A stretch of 64,000 nucleotides of DNA, the filler included, from Dirinaria sp. TL-2023a (taxonomy: Eukaryota), in NCBI GenBank assembly GCA_051941275.1. It is 5 parts of 5 records of this genome, joined end to end, with 100 filler letters (N's around TTAATTAATTAA, not from the genome) between each part and the next. Parts side by side here need not be neighbours in the genome. Positions count along the whole stretch, not along the records: positions 39,063 to 51,954 come from JAVEBF010000729.1; positions 52,055 to 64,000 come from JAVEBF010000802.1; 3 more parts are not named here. The stretch is one strand, 5' to 3'. This document shows positions 39,593 through 52,181 of this stretch, piece after piece; position 1 is the stretch's first letter, and each line of letters opens with the position of its first letter. Under the pieces are notes generated by a model. The model was not told the origin of the DNA. It ran no database searches and saw only the letters and a program-made list of their open reading frames with translations. A program made the position numbers and the translations under genes.

Positions 39593-41159
39593 GCCGCGGA
39601 GAGCACGGCTTCCGTTCCGCGAGCGGCCCGACAACGGCCCGGCAACGCTGATCCAACGGCCCGAGTGCTTACTTCAGCCATCGATCGTTAAGGCAAAGTA
39701 AGATCACCTTGGCTTAGGTACCTTAAGGTAAGGTACCGTAGTTCGGGAGATCATACACCCTAACCCTAAAACTCTTCCATTTCATGATTCATACTGAGGC
39801 CTACGCAATGTGACTTTTTGCGAGCAAAACCGCATCTCCATCGACATTTCCAACAGATTTGACGGCTTGATGCCACAAAGACTAGAGCAGCTCTGTCCAA
39901 TTTGCTCGAAATCGGAGATTGGAGAAACCTTGATGCCCGCCTCCAAAGGAATATGAGATGCTCGAAAATTTTTTTTTCTATCTGGGTTGCTGGAAGATTA
40001 GAACATCCGGCTAGCTTGACCAGATATCTCTTACATGCCAGTGAAGAAGAAAAAGTGGGTTTTTGGCCTGCACAGTCTCTGCAAAAGATGCGTAGCACCG
40101 CAATGAGAGAAGTGGCATTGCAGAATACCGAGGACAAGAAGCCATTTTTGATTGAACGGGCTGTTCTGTGTGCGTGGTGGACACGGATTCGACTCCGAGC
40201 AGTCGAAACTGCATCCAGTGGTACAATCACGATCATAAAAGGTTTGGATTGCCGATCTATCCTGGCAGAGCTCCGCCTTATCCCCTACGCTAGAGCCTAG
40301 AGCTGCTTTGGTGACCAAAGCTGTTTTCGCAGCACCCGCATCTCTCTCGGCACCCTCTCTGCGAGCCAAAGTCGCGACCTAAAAAGCTACGTTTGAAAAC
40401 ACGAGCTATCCAGCCCTGCTTGGGAGTTCGGATATGCTCTTAATTGTACGCTCTACTTAGTGCAAATGCCGACTTTTTGAACCCAACATCTCCACAGCAC
40501 TTCATTCATCAGGTACATCGCTCTCGCAACGATCCAGCAAGCTAGATAGGCTTTCCTACGCTAATTTTGCCGGCACCAAGACCTACGATTCTCGATTCAC
40601 CGAGGTGGTGATTGGAAAGAATGCAGCTGACCATCGGTGGACTTCTGTCGAACAACATCTTCGATCAACGTCAGAAAAGGATGTACATTGATTGATTGAT
40701 TAAAAATGCAATTCGCCGTTGATCGCAGCTCTGGGTCACAAATGGACTATGGCTAATGAAAATAACATTCAAGTACTTTAATGACTCAGTGGTTTCAGGC
40801 GGACTGACAGATGATCTCACATGGTCATAACTTGCCAACCTGTTTTCCAGTGGCAGCTTACTGTCTGCAATCAAATCTGTGGATTGTTTTCAGGCTCACA
40901 CATAGTCAAATTTTGATCATGGAGAGTACTCCATGGAACGCACGACAAGACGGCAGGAAAGACTGCCTAATCACCAGCTAAGTCAGCTGTGTGGAAGCCT
41001 AAGGCTTAGCATGGCTACCCGCTAGAGCGCTCTTAAGAACACGTACGGTTTGGCTGACCAATGGTGACCATTCTGAATCTTATGATAATACAAATGACAG
41101 GAGCTAATGCTGAAAGTGCAGTTGATATTGACTTAGACCTCCCGAAAACTAGTATGCGA

Positions 41160-42428
41160 TCAGATAGTTGAAGAGTTCGAGCCTCTGGATCTCCGCATCT
41201 CTTCGCCGTCCTCCCTTGTCATGGCTTCCCATTTCCGCCTCAGAAAAGGCATAATTAGCTATCCCATCACCACAGAAAGTAAGGAATCAAATATGCCCCA
41301 TCCTCTCTTCGGCGACAGGCCGATCACGTTGGTAAACAAAGCCGAAGCCGCCAGTGAGTCCTCACATATAATGAAATCCCCACGGTCCACTGCTGCAGTG
41401 ATGAGAGCAGCAACTTTCTCGGAGGAAGGAAATTTAGCTTCCAGTTCAGCGGCTGTTAAGTTGGTTCCTTGAATCCGTTTCGTCAGCGGAGTCTTCGTTG
41501 TCTGTTCTAGCTTGAAACCAGGGGATAGGAAATCCGCTGGGAAGGCACAGTGGATCGAGTATGTTGATCTGGAGCTGCAGTATCGTAGCACTTCCATCCG
41601 CAGTGTATCCGCCAACGCTCGGACCGCGCTTTTGGCCGCTTTGAAGGGAAGATCATGTCAGCGCAGCCTATCTTGAGGATTTCTACGATGATGCAGGATT
41701 ACTTACGAGTATAAGCAATAGAGCCAGGCAAACCCAAGAACGCGGCGGCACTGTTGACAAAGATGATCTGACGAAGTCTGGGCTGAGGACGTGGTTGAGC
41801 CTCTTCCTTGTCATCCTCTGTCCAAATATCGAGCATAGCCTTTGCAGCATAAACAGAAGAGTGGTAGTTGTTCTTCATACACTGATCAAGATCCTTGGCC
41901 TTGATATCAACCAGAAATCCATTTTCAGCATGGTTGCCCCCAGCAGTACAATACAAGATGTCTGCAGTCCGATGCTGTGCCCTGAAGGCTTCGTCAACCT
42001 AAAGATTCTGTTAGATTTCATTTTGGCTTATCCGCCATCTTTCTCCCGGATGCTTTCATGCATAGGGCAATACCTTCGAGGCATCAGCCAATTCAAGGGA
42101 AACGGCATTGACTTCTTGGCTTTCTGCCCCGCAGGATGCGACTACCTCTTGCTTTGCTTCTGCCAGAGGACCCGATCTGCGGGAGAATAAGGTGATATGG
42201 GCCCCTGTTCTTGCGAGGTCAGCAAATCCGTCGTTTCAATTCAACGCCCACAGCTTTACTAACCCCGAGCAGCCAACGCCTTGGATATAGCTTTTCCTAG
42301 CCCTCCAGAGCCGCCAGTGACAAAGACGGTCTGCTCATGGTGTCAGTGTGATCAGCGAATGCATCACAACGAGCTTTGTGCTTTGTCTAAGTGCTCACTT
42401 TCCCGCGGAGGTTTTGAGCTCCTTTCAT
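41160..42428 (-). CDS. 3-ketosphinganine reductase-like SDR (Tsc10/KDSR family) with a premature TAG near the C-terminus
   Basis: MKGAQNLRGK|TVFVTGGSGGLG Rossmann motif, NNY, catalytic S (NSAAA) and YT|PAK, ADTLRME and FPADFLSPGF..EQ.TKT..TK.I. TAG at 41261-41259 is followed by an in-frame LIMPFLRRKWEAM tail to TGA 41160. Confidence 0.85.
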
Positions 42429-45400
42429 GTTATCTAACGAACCACGCAGTTAATGTTGTCGCGTTGTTCTAAGTCATTCAAGATGTCGAAGTGCGCGTCA
42501 GAACCAGGTCTCGTGCAGTTTTCGATCAAAATTCTAGGCCAAGACGTCAGGATCAGTCCATCATCGTATATTTGTCAAACGCGGCGATATGGCCATTTAC
42601 ACTCAGGGCACTCCAATGAGCGCCGGTCGAGACGGCCATCGGCACGCAAGTTAGCGCATTTACTGTCTACGACAGAGGATCCGGATCCGGAGGAGGACTT
42701 GAACTTCAGTGACGCCGTTGTCTGTTCTGGCTGAGCTGGAAACCGCTCCCCCGAATGCGGCCGGCGGGTCCCGATCGCCGTGGGAGACTAGGCAGCTCTC
42801 TGGTCTACAAGAGGCCCGTTGCTTTTCATTGGGTCCCGCCATGTTGAGTGCCACGTTCTCGTTTCTTCATTTAGTGGAGCGATTCGCCATCCTCAGAACA
42901 CATTATCTTGATCGATGTGGGCCTGGCCCGGCACACCACTACCTCCCTTTGCTCGAGAATCCACGCCTCCCGTTACACCTAATGAGCAAGCATCTGGCCA
43001 TCCATCATGGGGAGATTCAGTCTACACTTGCTGGACTTCCACCCTCTGAGTACCTTTATACTCTCACTTGATCTGCATCGGCATCGACCAAAACAAACGT
43101 TTAGAAAGCGCAGTTTCTTCTTGAAGTTAATCACGAGTACATCTTCGCTACATCTAATAGAGAAAGAGATCATCTAGCTGCATGCGAGTAAGCACCGAAG
43201 TTTTTCTTCAGCATGCAACACCGAGTTTTTCCTTCCAATCACATACCTGAAAGTCAGCCGCATAGCGAACGTGTTGAAAATCTCAATTGCGTCTTTGTCT
43301 GGCCAGCTTTTGTCTGCCTTTGCTAGCATGAAAATATACATGGGGCTGCCCGTTGGCACTGTGCATATCTTGCACTTGCATCTCCAAAACAATTTCATGC
43401 TAGTGCCAAAATGTTTTCTAGCTGACCGAGATAGTAGGACACAACAAGCTGCACGCGCTGCGAGCATATGATAGCAGTAGAGTAAGAAGACTTCATGTCA
43501 GATAATGGTAACGTGTGAATGACTTTCTGTCAAGATTTCAAATTCTAATTAAATTTGAATTCACAAAATCTGCGCATGCTAGTTGGATCTTCTAAAGATG
43601 GTCCTAAAAGGCTAAATTGCGTTGAGAAGGTCAGAAAATTCTGCTAGCTCTTAGCGGTTCTTTGATGATGACTATATGGTTTCTTCAGCCATTTGCAATC
43701 ATCTCTGTTTGGGAAGCTGGACCTTTCTATTAGGTTCAGATACTGTCTGATTAGATCTAGCGGATGAACATGATATTGCTTGCAACGTGAAGATGCAATT
43801 GAGAGAAAAAACGTGTTGCGGATGTGTACGAATAACGACTTTTTAATCGTTGACTTACGACAAAAACACGTCGCCACGTTCATTTCACATAGACAGACGT
43901 CTGCCAAGCCCATGACTACGACTATCGACATAATTCGTCTAGATGTCGACAGAGCTTGGCAAAGAGTGACTCAGATATGTTTTATCCGAGAATTGAAGAT
44001 ACCGTGCGAGTGCTGATTAGAGGCTGAGGACCGAGAAAAACGTACATGCGTCAAATTTACAGAGTCCCGTACGCACGTAAAAAAAGCGATAAGATCGAAA
44101 AAGGTGTGGTTCAGCCAGTTGAATAAAGCTGAATAAGCCACCACATCGAACAAGACTCATGCCGACCAAAGAAAAGTACACCGAGGATAACCTCAACAGC
44201 CATGCTCGATGGATAACTAATCCCAACCCCGATACTCTCAGGTATATCTCCGCCGCGCACCCAATGAGCAGCCCAATGAAAGTCGTCATAGATTTCCACA
44301 TTAGGAATATCTCTGGGCGTCGTAACGGTAGTGCTACACCACCTTCTTCCCATTCATCGTATGACGATCCTTCCTTGCTGGGAAATTTCAAGCGGAGCGA
44401 GGAGAGGATGGTGTGATACCCAAAACGGGTCCATCTGTGATAAGGTATGCGGAAGCGTTCCATCCCGGCTGAAATCTCCTTCCGCATAGTCCTTTGACTT
44501 ACCTAATCTTCATGTATCGTGGTGTGGGAACGGGACGGGACGAACATCCCAAAGCCGGTAATAATACCTTCTGATAATGCGTATTCTTACAGTTGTGAAA
44601 GAGATCGACCGTGCGTTTGACTGCATATCATTCAGAGGCGTTGCTGTCGCCGGTGTGGACATCACCGAGGTAGCAGACCTAGAATGAGGAAATACCTCAT
44701 CTCCCTTCTATTATCACCTCTCACTGAGAGTATGTAGGATACAGAGATCGTCGTAAGAGCTCTTTGTGTCAGAGGGTCTACCAGAAGAAATAGAACGTCA
44801 ACAATATTGTACGACTTACGAGTCTCTTTCTACGATGCTGTCATGCAGATTACTACCGATCCATCATCCACCGTCCACTATTACGCCATTCTTACTTGCG
44901 AAAGTAAGTAAAAACATGTTCAAAACATGTTCTACAAGTATTTTCGTAGAAGCTGGACAGATTTCCGGCACTGAAAAACAAGGCTTGGAAGGCCTTTCTT
45001 CCATCGGAGTGCCTAAGATATCTGCCGAGTATTTCTCAATCTCTTGTCTTTAGTGCCGGCCTTGGATGGAGTAGTATATCTAGACCCGACATTCCGCTAA
45101 AATTTTAGCATGCATAGACGCCTTGTAGATCAATCGCACTCTCTACTGCTATTGCCTATGCCATTTTCAACCATACATACACCGTTCATGGCATCAATGA
45201 ACGACGAGTCTTGACCTCTTGTCACTTATTCGATTTTCAGGGCAATCCCAGCAAACCATCATATTAGTACCTTGTATCATAGGGTATTGAGCCTTGTTAA
45301 CACAATAGCTAAACCGAGCGTGTCCGGAACGGTTGTTCTTTTCATACGCTTAAAGTTTTACCATTCATATCGAGGACTATGTCTTCCGCAAATTAGGCGA

Positions 45401-45481
45401 TGCTATTGTTTTTGACCATTACGTTTTCTCGATTTGTTTCGTCGATAAACCATTTTCCTCTCTTTCAGCTTGCTCGACGAA

Positions 45482-47968
45482 ATGACCAAGGAAAGCAATA
45501 GAGAGGAATATACAGGTAGGTCAACAGATATCCTCGGCCAGCGGCCCTGAACAAAACAAATACTTAGATAGAGCAAGTGTGTGACCAGTGCCGGGCCAAA
45601 AAAATACGCTGCGGTAGAGAAAAACCTTCCTGCGGGAATTGCAAGAAGCTTGGCTTGCATTGTGAATGGTCTGGTCAAGGCAAAAAGTGCAATCAAACAG
45701 CTCTATTGTAAGTGTGGCCCTTGGCATGTTTTCATAAGATTACTCCTAGCTCACGATTGAAAGAAGCAATACCATCTTAGGATTAGGCAGTCGCCTTCAA
45801 CATCTAGAGGTGAGTGGCACGGTTCACACTTGTCCCTATGTCAGCTTATTGATAATCTATGAAGACTGCTATAATGGACACTCAATCATTAAAACGACTG
45901 CTCGATGAGCCTTCGGCTGTCTTATCTACTGGTACAAGACGCACCCCTAGTCATTTAGAACACACAATTGAGTCCTCCACAAGATGGTCTCCAGAAAGCA
46001 ATGGACAACCATCCTCACAATCGTCAGCGAAAACTATCTTTGTCAGGACGATGGGTCGGTTTCATAAAGACAGCAACAACAGTGAAAGATATTTTGGTCC
46101 CACATCTCTTGACTCACTTATGCTAGATATGAAGGATGTCATCGCGGAAGACCTTGAAATTGAAACTCCAACCTTGAGGGAATGCGTTCTGCAAGCACAG
46201 CGCAGAATTGATGATTTGGTTGGCCAAGGAGAAGATGATTTCACCATCGATAGGTCGCCACCCACGGCTCCTCCTTTCGCCATCTTGGACGCTATGATTG
46301 AGCCATACTTTGCCACATTCGGTAAACACGTTCCAATTTGGAGAAAAGAAAGCTTCAATCGAATGGCTGCCATCCTGCGAGAATCAACGCCTTCCGAACA
46401 AGACTTGGCGTCCATCATATGCTGTAACAACCTCATTCTTATGGCGCTCTCAGCGAATACATTATGTTCTCGTCGGGCAGATTCCCTTCGAACTAAGCAG
46501 GCAAGCAAGAACTCGTCCATCGACTCAGATGTCATTTCAGGGTTTCTGAATAACGCGAAGCGCGCTCTCAAAAATATCGATCAACTTGTTTCTCCTCGGC
46601 TTATAAATGTCCAAGCACTCTTATCTCTGGTATGTACCTTACTGAGACTTCTTATCCTCTGGTGTGAAAGAAGTGCAGACCATAGCTGACGAGATGGAAT
46701 TGCAAAGTATGTAGTAGCGCAAGAGCATCTCTCTATAGGCTTTTCCGAGACGCTGTTGACTCTAGCTGTTCGATGTGCAAAATCTATAGGTATCCACCAA
46801 TGGCATTTTCTTCAAGACCAACTTAGCGAAGAAGACGTCAAAGAAAGAAGAAATATATCGTACTACATACACGCCCTTGACAAGGCAGTCTGCTGGACCG
46901 CTGCTTCCTCTCCAAATGTACCTAGCGCTGACGTCCAAGTTGACTCAACCTTGATTCGTCTGAAGAAGGCATCAACTCATTTCTTGTAGCGAGAGCAGAG
47001 CTGGCGACCATCGAGGAGACCATCTACTTGGAAACATATGCCAATCAAAGCAAGGCAAAATCCGAAGAACAAGCTCGTCATTTTGCAACAACGACTCTAT
47101 CGAAACTCCAGTGCTGGCTGACCAACTCTGGAACTAATTTGGATGACATAATGAATAACCGTGGAAGCTCCGCCTGGAAGGCTCAGCTAGCGATCAGCTT
47201 CCTATGTGTAAAGCTGCTGCTGATTTGGCCTGATAGGGGCCATCCGGACGTCCTATTCCAGCACAGTCAAGAAACGTCCAGAACGTGTATGAGACTTTTG
47301 CTAAGTCTCTGGCGCCTCCCGTCAGATCAAGGACATCACGCAATCTTCCCACTGTGAGTTTCGAGCATTCGATACATGTTGTGACCATTCAAGACTCAAA
47401 ACTCAAGAAGCTGAACTCATGTGTCTGCTCTAGGTTTCTTGCAACTCTTCCACCACTATATCTGTACGAAGTATTGACAAGTATCCTTTGCGGTCAAGGA
47501 ACTAAGTTGGACATGGACATGCTACAAGACTTCATCGAGATGCTCCAGGTCGTCACCGACTACCGCGGAGAAAGGTCGTACAACAAGCGGCTACACCAAA
47601 TGGCACTTATTGGTATGGACGTGATAAAGGCCCAAAGAAACCAGCACAAACGGCACAGATCGAATTTCGAAGGGCCAGCAAATGAACAACTATCCCAAGC
47701 CGATACAACGCCACTGCCCAGTTCAATATCAGACCTACTTTCGTCACCTGACAGCAGCTGGCGCTACACGAACAACGCGGATGACCGAGAAGCCGATAAT
47801 CCGAGTTTCAACATTCTTCAAGACCCGGAGAACTTCATGAGGGCGATTAGCTCGGCGAACGATGGGTGGTATCGGGGTTCGGATGAGTTTTTGGCGCCGC
47901 ACATGGGAAGCTGCGCGAAGGCGGTGCCGCATAATCCCAATTCTCTGGCATACAATTGGAATTTTTGA
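45482..47968 (+). CDS. Zn(II)2Cys6 transcription factor with fungal_trans-like domain (apparent frameshift near 46955)
   Basis: MTKESNREEYT|EQVCDQCRAKKIRCGREKPSCGNCKKLGLHCEW, then RYFGPTSL, VQALLSL, AKSIGIH and ERRNI..LDK. Introns are in phase, but one base is missing near 46955. Confidence 0.85.
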
Positions 47969-48691
47969 AAGATTCCGGCAGTAATGAGGGAGTTTCAATT
48001 GATAGAAGTTGATTCTTGAGCGTTGAACTTTCGGGAAAACGCTTTCCCTTGATATGTGTAGACGTTTTCGACTATCGATTTGGCTTATGGTCAGGACGTC
48101 AACATAGAAGCGTTCCACAGGCGGTATTGATGTATCAATTGTCCTTCCAATTTTACAGCTATTCGCACAAAAGTCAACATGCAAGGAGACATGTAGGGAA
48201 TCTGATACAAATCGTCACGCATGTCACAGAGTTGCTGACATGATTACATAAGCAAGAAAAGAGTGCACGGGCTCCCTCGGCTCCCGGTCGCTTATTTCGG
48301 AAATTCTTTATGCCGAGCTTCTTGGCATATCGATGTGTACACGATGTAAGTAATCTTACATCACCTTATTCAAACCCACAACCCTCGGCCATCATGCCAA
48401 TGCGAACTTCAGTTTCATCGAATATGTAAATTTCAACGACTTCTCAATTCGCGTCCCGTCGTAAGCCCATAATCTCCGTTCTATCAGCTCGGCTGTTGCG
48501 ACAGGAGGGAGTTATCCCCATGGTTTGTGCTCACCTTCCACCCATTCAGGGCTTTGCAAGGCAGGCACCAGTGCTGACCAGCCAACTACCTGATCTGTGT
48601 CCGTGATAGATTTGAAGGAGGAGGGGAGGACTAGATTCGCAAAACATCGTTTGTCGCTCTATACAACTTGTATACACCACATGTCCCAACC

Positions 48692-50253
48692 TCACGCATT
48701 CTCGGCCATCATCGCGTAAACCTGCTGCGCAGCTTTCGGAACCTTTCCCTTGCGCTCCGCCCCCTCCTCGATATCGATCATCTCTTTGGCCCACTCGCAA
48801 ATCGTGAACGCCAGAAATTTTACCTCCTTTTCCGTGTTTCCGGCATGGATCATGATCCTGATTCTACCCTGTCCTTTGGGGACAGTCGGGTAGTCGAGAG
48901 GAGCCGCCGATATTCCGTTCAATTGCATGTGGAAGAAGAGCCACCAGTTGTATCGTTGGCGGGTCCAGACCGGAACTATGTGCACGACGAAATCACATGA
49001 TTGGTAATCCTCGCTTACGGGGATAGAGAGGATACCGAGGTCGTTCGCTTTGTCCCAGATGGGGTTGGAGCTGATCGTTGTGAAAAAGAACTTGACGAGG
49101 TGTTGAATGTTGTCTGTCAACTGAGTGCTCGGTGAGTATCTCGATAATCCGGTTTTACAAGTGACAGGCAAGGGGGAGAACCACCTGCGTGTTTTCTTGC
49201 CAAGTGCTTACCTTCTGCGCTTCGCCTGTCCTTAGCAGGCTATATGCTGCCCGGATACCTGCCACCGAAGGGAAGGAAGGGGCCGTGCTGTATATCACTG
49301 AGCGTGCGAAGTTCAACAAAGTATTTCGTACTGTCGCATTTGCGAGTATGACAGCTGTGGGATAATCCGTCAGCAAAAACGCTTAAAAGAGGAGCTGGAT
49401 CTTGAAAAGTGGTGATCTAACCGCCACTCGAGGCCAAAGCCTTTCCACACGTATGGAGTCGGACTGCGATTTCTTTCTCAACACCTAGCGCGCTGACAAG
49501 ACCCGCACCCTTGGGGCCGATGATTCCGGTGGCGTGGGCTTCGTCCACAATGAAGGCGAAGTTCCCCTTGGTACAGATTTCCCTCGCGATCTCGAGTAGC
49601 TCTAACAGGGGGCAAATGTCACCATCCATACTGTATACCGACTCTACGGACACAAGAATCGAGCGCGATCCTTCTTTGACCATGGGCTGAGCGTCGATGA
49701 TAGACGACAAGACGTCTCGAAAGGAGTCAACATCATTGTGGCGGAAGGCGACCCTGGTCTGGGCTAGCGAATGCGCCATGCCGTCGTGCGTGCTCGCATG
49801 GCATAGCTCGTCGTATACGATGACATCGCCGGGCCTTGGGATCACCGTGTAGATGGCAAAATTCCCATCGAATCCTGAATTGGCCATGAGCGCCGACTCG
49901 GCGCCGTGAAAGTCGGCGATTTCTTGCTCCACTTTTTCGATATAGTTATAATTGCCATCCATTATACGGGACCCCCCTGCATATATCGCGAAGTCCGGGT
50001 ACTTAGCCAGCTCGGCCAAAAACGCGATTCGCAGCTGGCCCGAGGATCCAAGCGACAGAAGATCGTTGAAGCAGAAGTCGACGGCGTCGCCTGTTTTCCA
50101 CGAGTTCTGGACGCGCGTGAACATTGAGTGGCTGGCTCTTCGAACGTCCAAAGCCTCTTCGAGATTGCGGTAAAAGGTCGGCGCATCTTTCATCTTAGGA
50201 CCCTGAGGTTTCTGAGTCTTGATCCAGGAGGTCAGGAAGGTTGCAGCTGCCAT
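48692..50253 (-). CDS. PLP-dependent alpha-oxoamine synthase (class II aminotransferase; BioF/SPT-like)
   Basis: Motifs GGSRIMDGN, NSGFDGN, YDELCHASTHDGM, FRHND, VESVYSMDGDI, IVDEAHATG, catalytic Lys in HTCGKA, IYSTAPS and PTVPKGQGRIRI; two introns. Confidence 0.93.
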
Positions 50254-51954
50254 GATGAGGTCGTTGAACTTGACTAGCAAAACGTGGAGGATGGGATCGA
50301 CAGTGGGGATCGACAATGGTCTGTGAGGGCCATATAACACAATTTAAACACTACGAAATCTTACTTGCTATGAATCCAGCCCATGCAAAGCAAAATTTCT
50401 TCGACTACTTCGACCTTCATCGGCATTTCGGTCCGTGGCTCGGTGGACGGGTTCCGTCCGGAAAAGCGCAGCGCCTGCTCCTACGATACCTCTCGTACGT
50501 TATGAAACGGCCGAAAGCATGAAAACTCAGCCACCCGTGATCTTCTCGGACCGATCGTGGATGATGAGGGATAATGGACGCGCTACCATGTCAGGTTGTC
50601 CTATTCTCGATGGTTTTGGCATCACTATCATCACGTGGCTCTATCATCGAAAATGATAAAGGCCGTATTTGGAGGCAGTGTACATGTATGATGGTCAAGC
50701 TGCACAGTCCTCAAGCTACCATGGGCAAACGAGCGGTGGCTTATGGCTTACCTCAGGCACCCTCAAATACGTGCCCAAGGAGTGTAGGATGTTGCGTACA
50801 AAGGCACTTGCTGTATCACGGGGCTAAAACAGAGACTTCCTTATCTCATGCCTAAGTAAACCCGGAAGTATATCTTCTTATTACTGGATACATCTTAGTG
50901 GCTCTCTTATCCCTTTTATACAAGTCTTACTTGGCAGTATGGCTCCTGTTCCAGTAATGGAATATCGCAAGTGCTTTCAGTGCCCATGAAACAATCATTG
51001 CCAAAACAGTCAGATATGATGGAATCTGTATTAACAGTGCTGCGTCCGGCCATAGCTACTCCTTTTAACTAGGCGACTAAAAACCTCTGTAGGCGGGTCG
51101 GCCGAACGCCATTTCAGGGCGGTTGAGGAAACCACATGAGATGCTGGAAGTGCTCTATGTATACATGTCAAAATGGTTACGAAGACTACTGCCAAATGCG
51201 TCTGGAAGATCCATCTGTCCTGGCCACTGTGCAGTACATAGCAATGGCTGAAGGCCCATCGTAACGACGTCCACGAGTCAGCTGACTATAATATACGCGA
51301 CCTGACATACCTATGTAGGCACACTAAATAGGCACCCACAATGGCATCAATGGTGTCATCTGCCCAAGGTATTTTCGACCTGCCCGTGACTGGATGCAGG
51401 GGTTGGCATCTAGACACTGTCTCCTGGGCAAAGAACGCACTTCCCGCTTCCACAATCGGAAAGTACTGGCTAGTTATAACAGCCCTAAAGACTGCTCTAT
51501 AACTCTAATTGGTGGGAACATACTAATCTAGCGCGGTGAATCGCTATGAACTCCAATGCCTCAGTATTCGAAATGATGAATTTGCACCGTATCGCTCTTC
51601 TTTCTTTTCTATCTCATTATCTAGAACTTTGTTCTCATACTGAACGAAATAGACTCGTTGGTGGCGATGGCGTAAAGTCAAGGCCAGGACATTTACGCCA
51701 GCTGCGACCGTATCGCGCACCACGGAATCCGTACTTTACTACTGCTTCTCGATTCCAAATGTTCGTCCGGAGGTCGCGACCCAGTCTGCCGACCATGGTC
51801 CGGCGCTAAGCTCTCAATTACAACTTAACGGCCTTGAGTTAGCGCTCACCAAGCAACTTCTATCCACAGTCAACATAAAAGATAATTTCGGCCTACCTGT
51901 GCATAGGGGTTGTAGGCATTAACGATCACAGCGTCGTCATGGGGTTGCAGCCCA

Positions 51955-52054
51955 NNNNNNNNNNNNNNNNNNNNNNNNNNNNNNNNNNNNNNNNNNNNTT
52001 AATTAATTAANNNNNNNNNNNNNNNNNNNNNNNNNNNNNNNNNNNNNNNNNNNN
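51955..52054. other. Artificial contig-joining spacer
   Basis: 44 N + TTAATTAATTAA + 44 N. Confidence 0.97.
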
Positions 52055-52181
52055 ATTGTCCTTTAGGCAAGGCAATGGCTGCTATGTACGCTACTGCATT
52101 TTGGTGGAATCGATTTTCCTTTTTTCTTTCTTTCTTTTCTTTCTTTCTTTTTTTTTTTTTGTGAGAAAATTTTCAATCAAT

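Noticed and set aside
39902..40300. 132-aa ORF between the MFS and SDR genes
   Set aside because: TTG start and no recognisable motif; at most an unidentifiable relic.
44017..44487. 156-aa hydrophobic ORF inside the cluster (HRAWLLR)
   Set aside because: No convincing family motif or splice model; worth a blastx but not supportable here.
32736..50253. laeA and Trk as members of the aminolipid cluster
   Set aside because: They lie on a different contig, and adjacency is due to size sorting.
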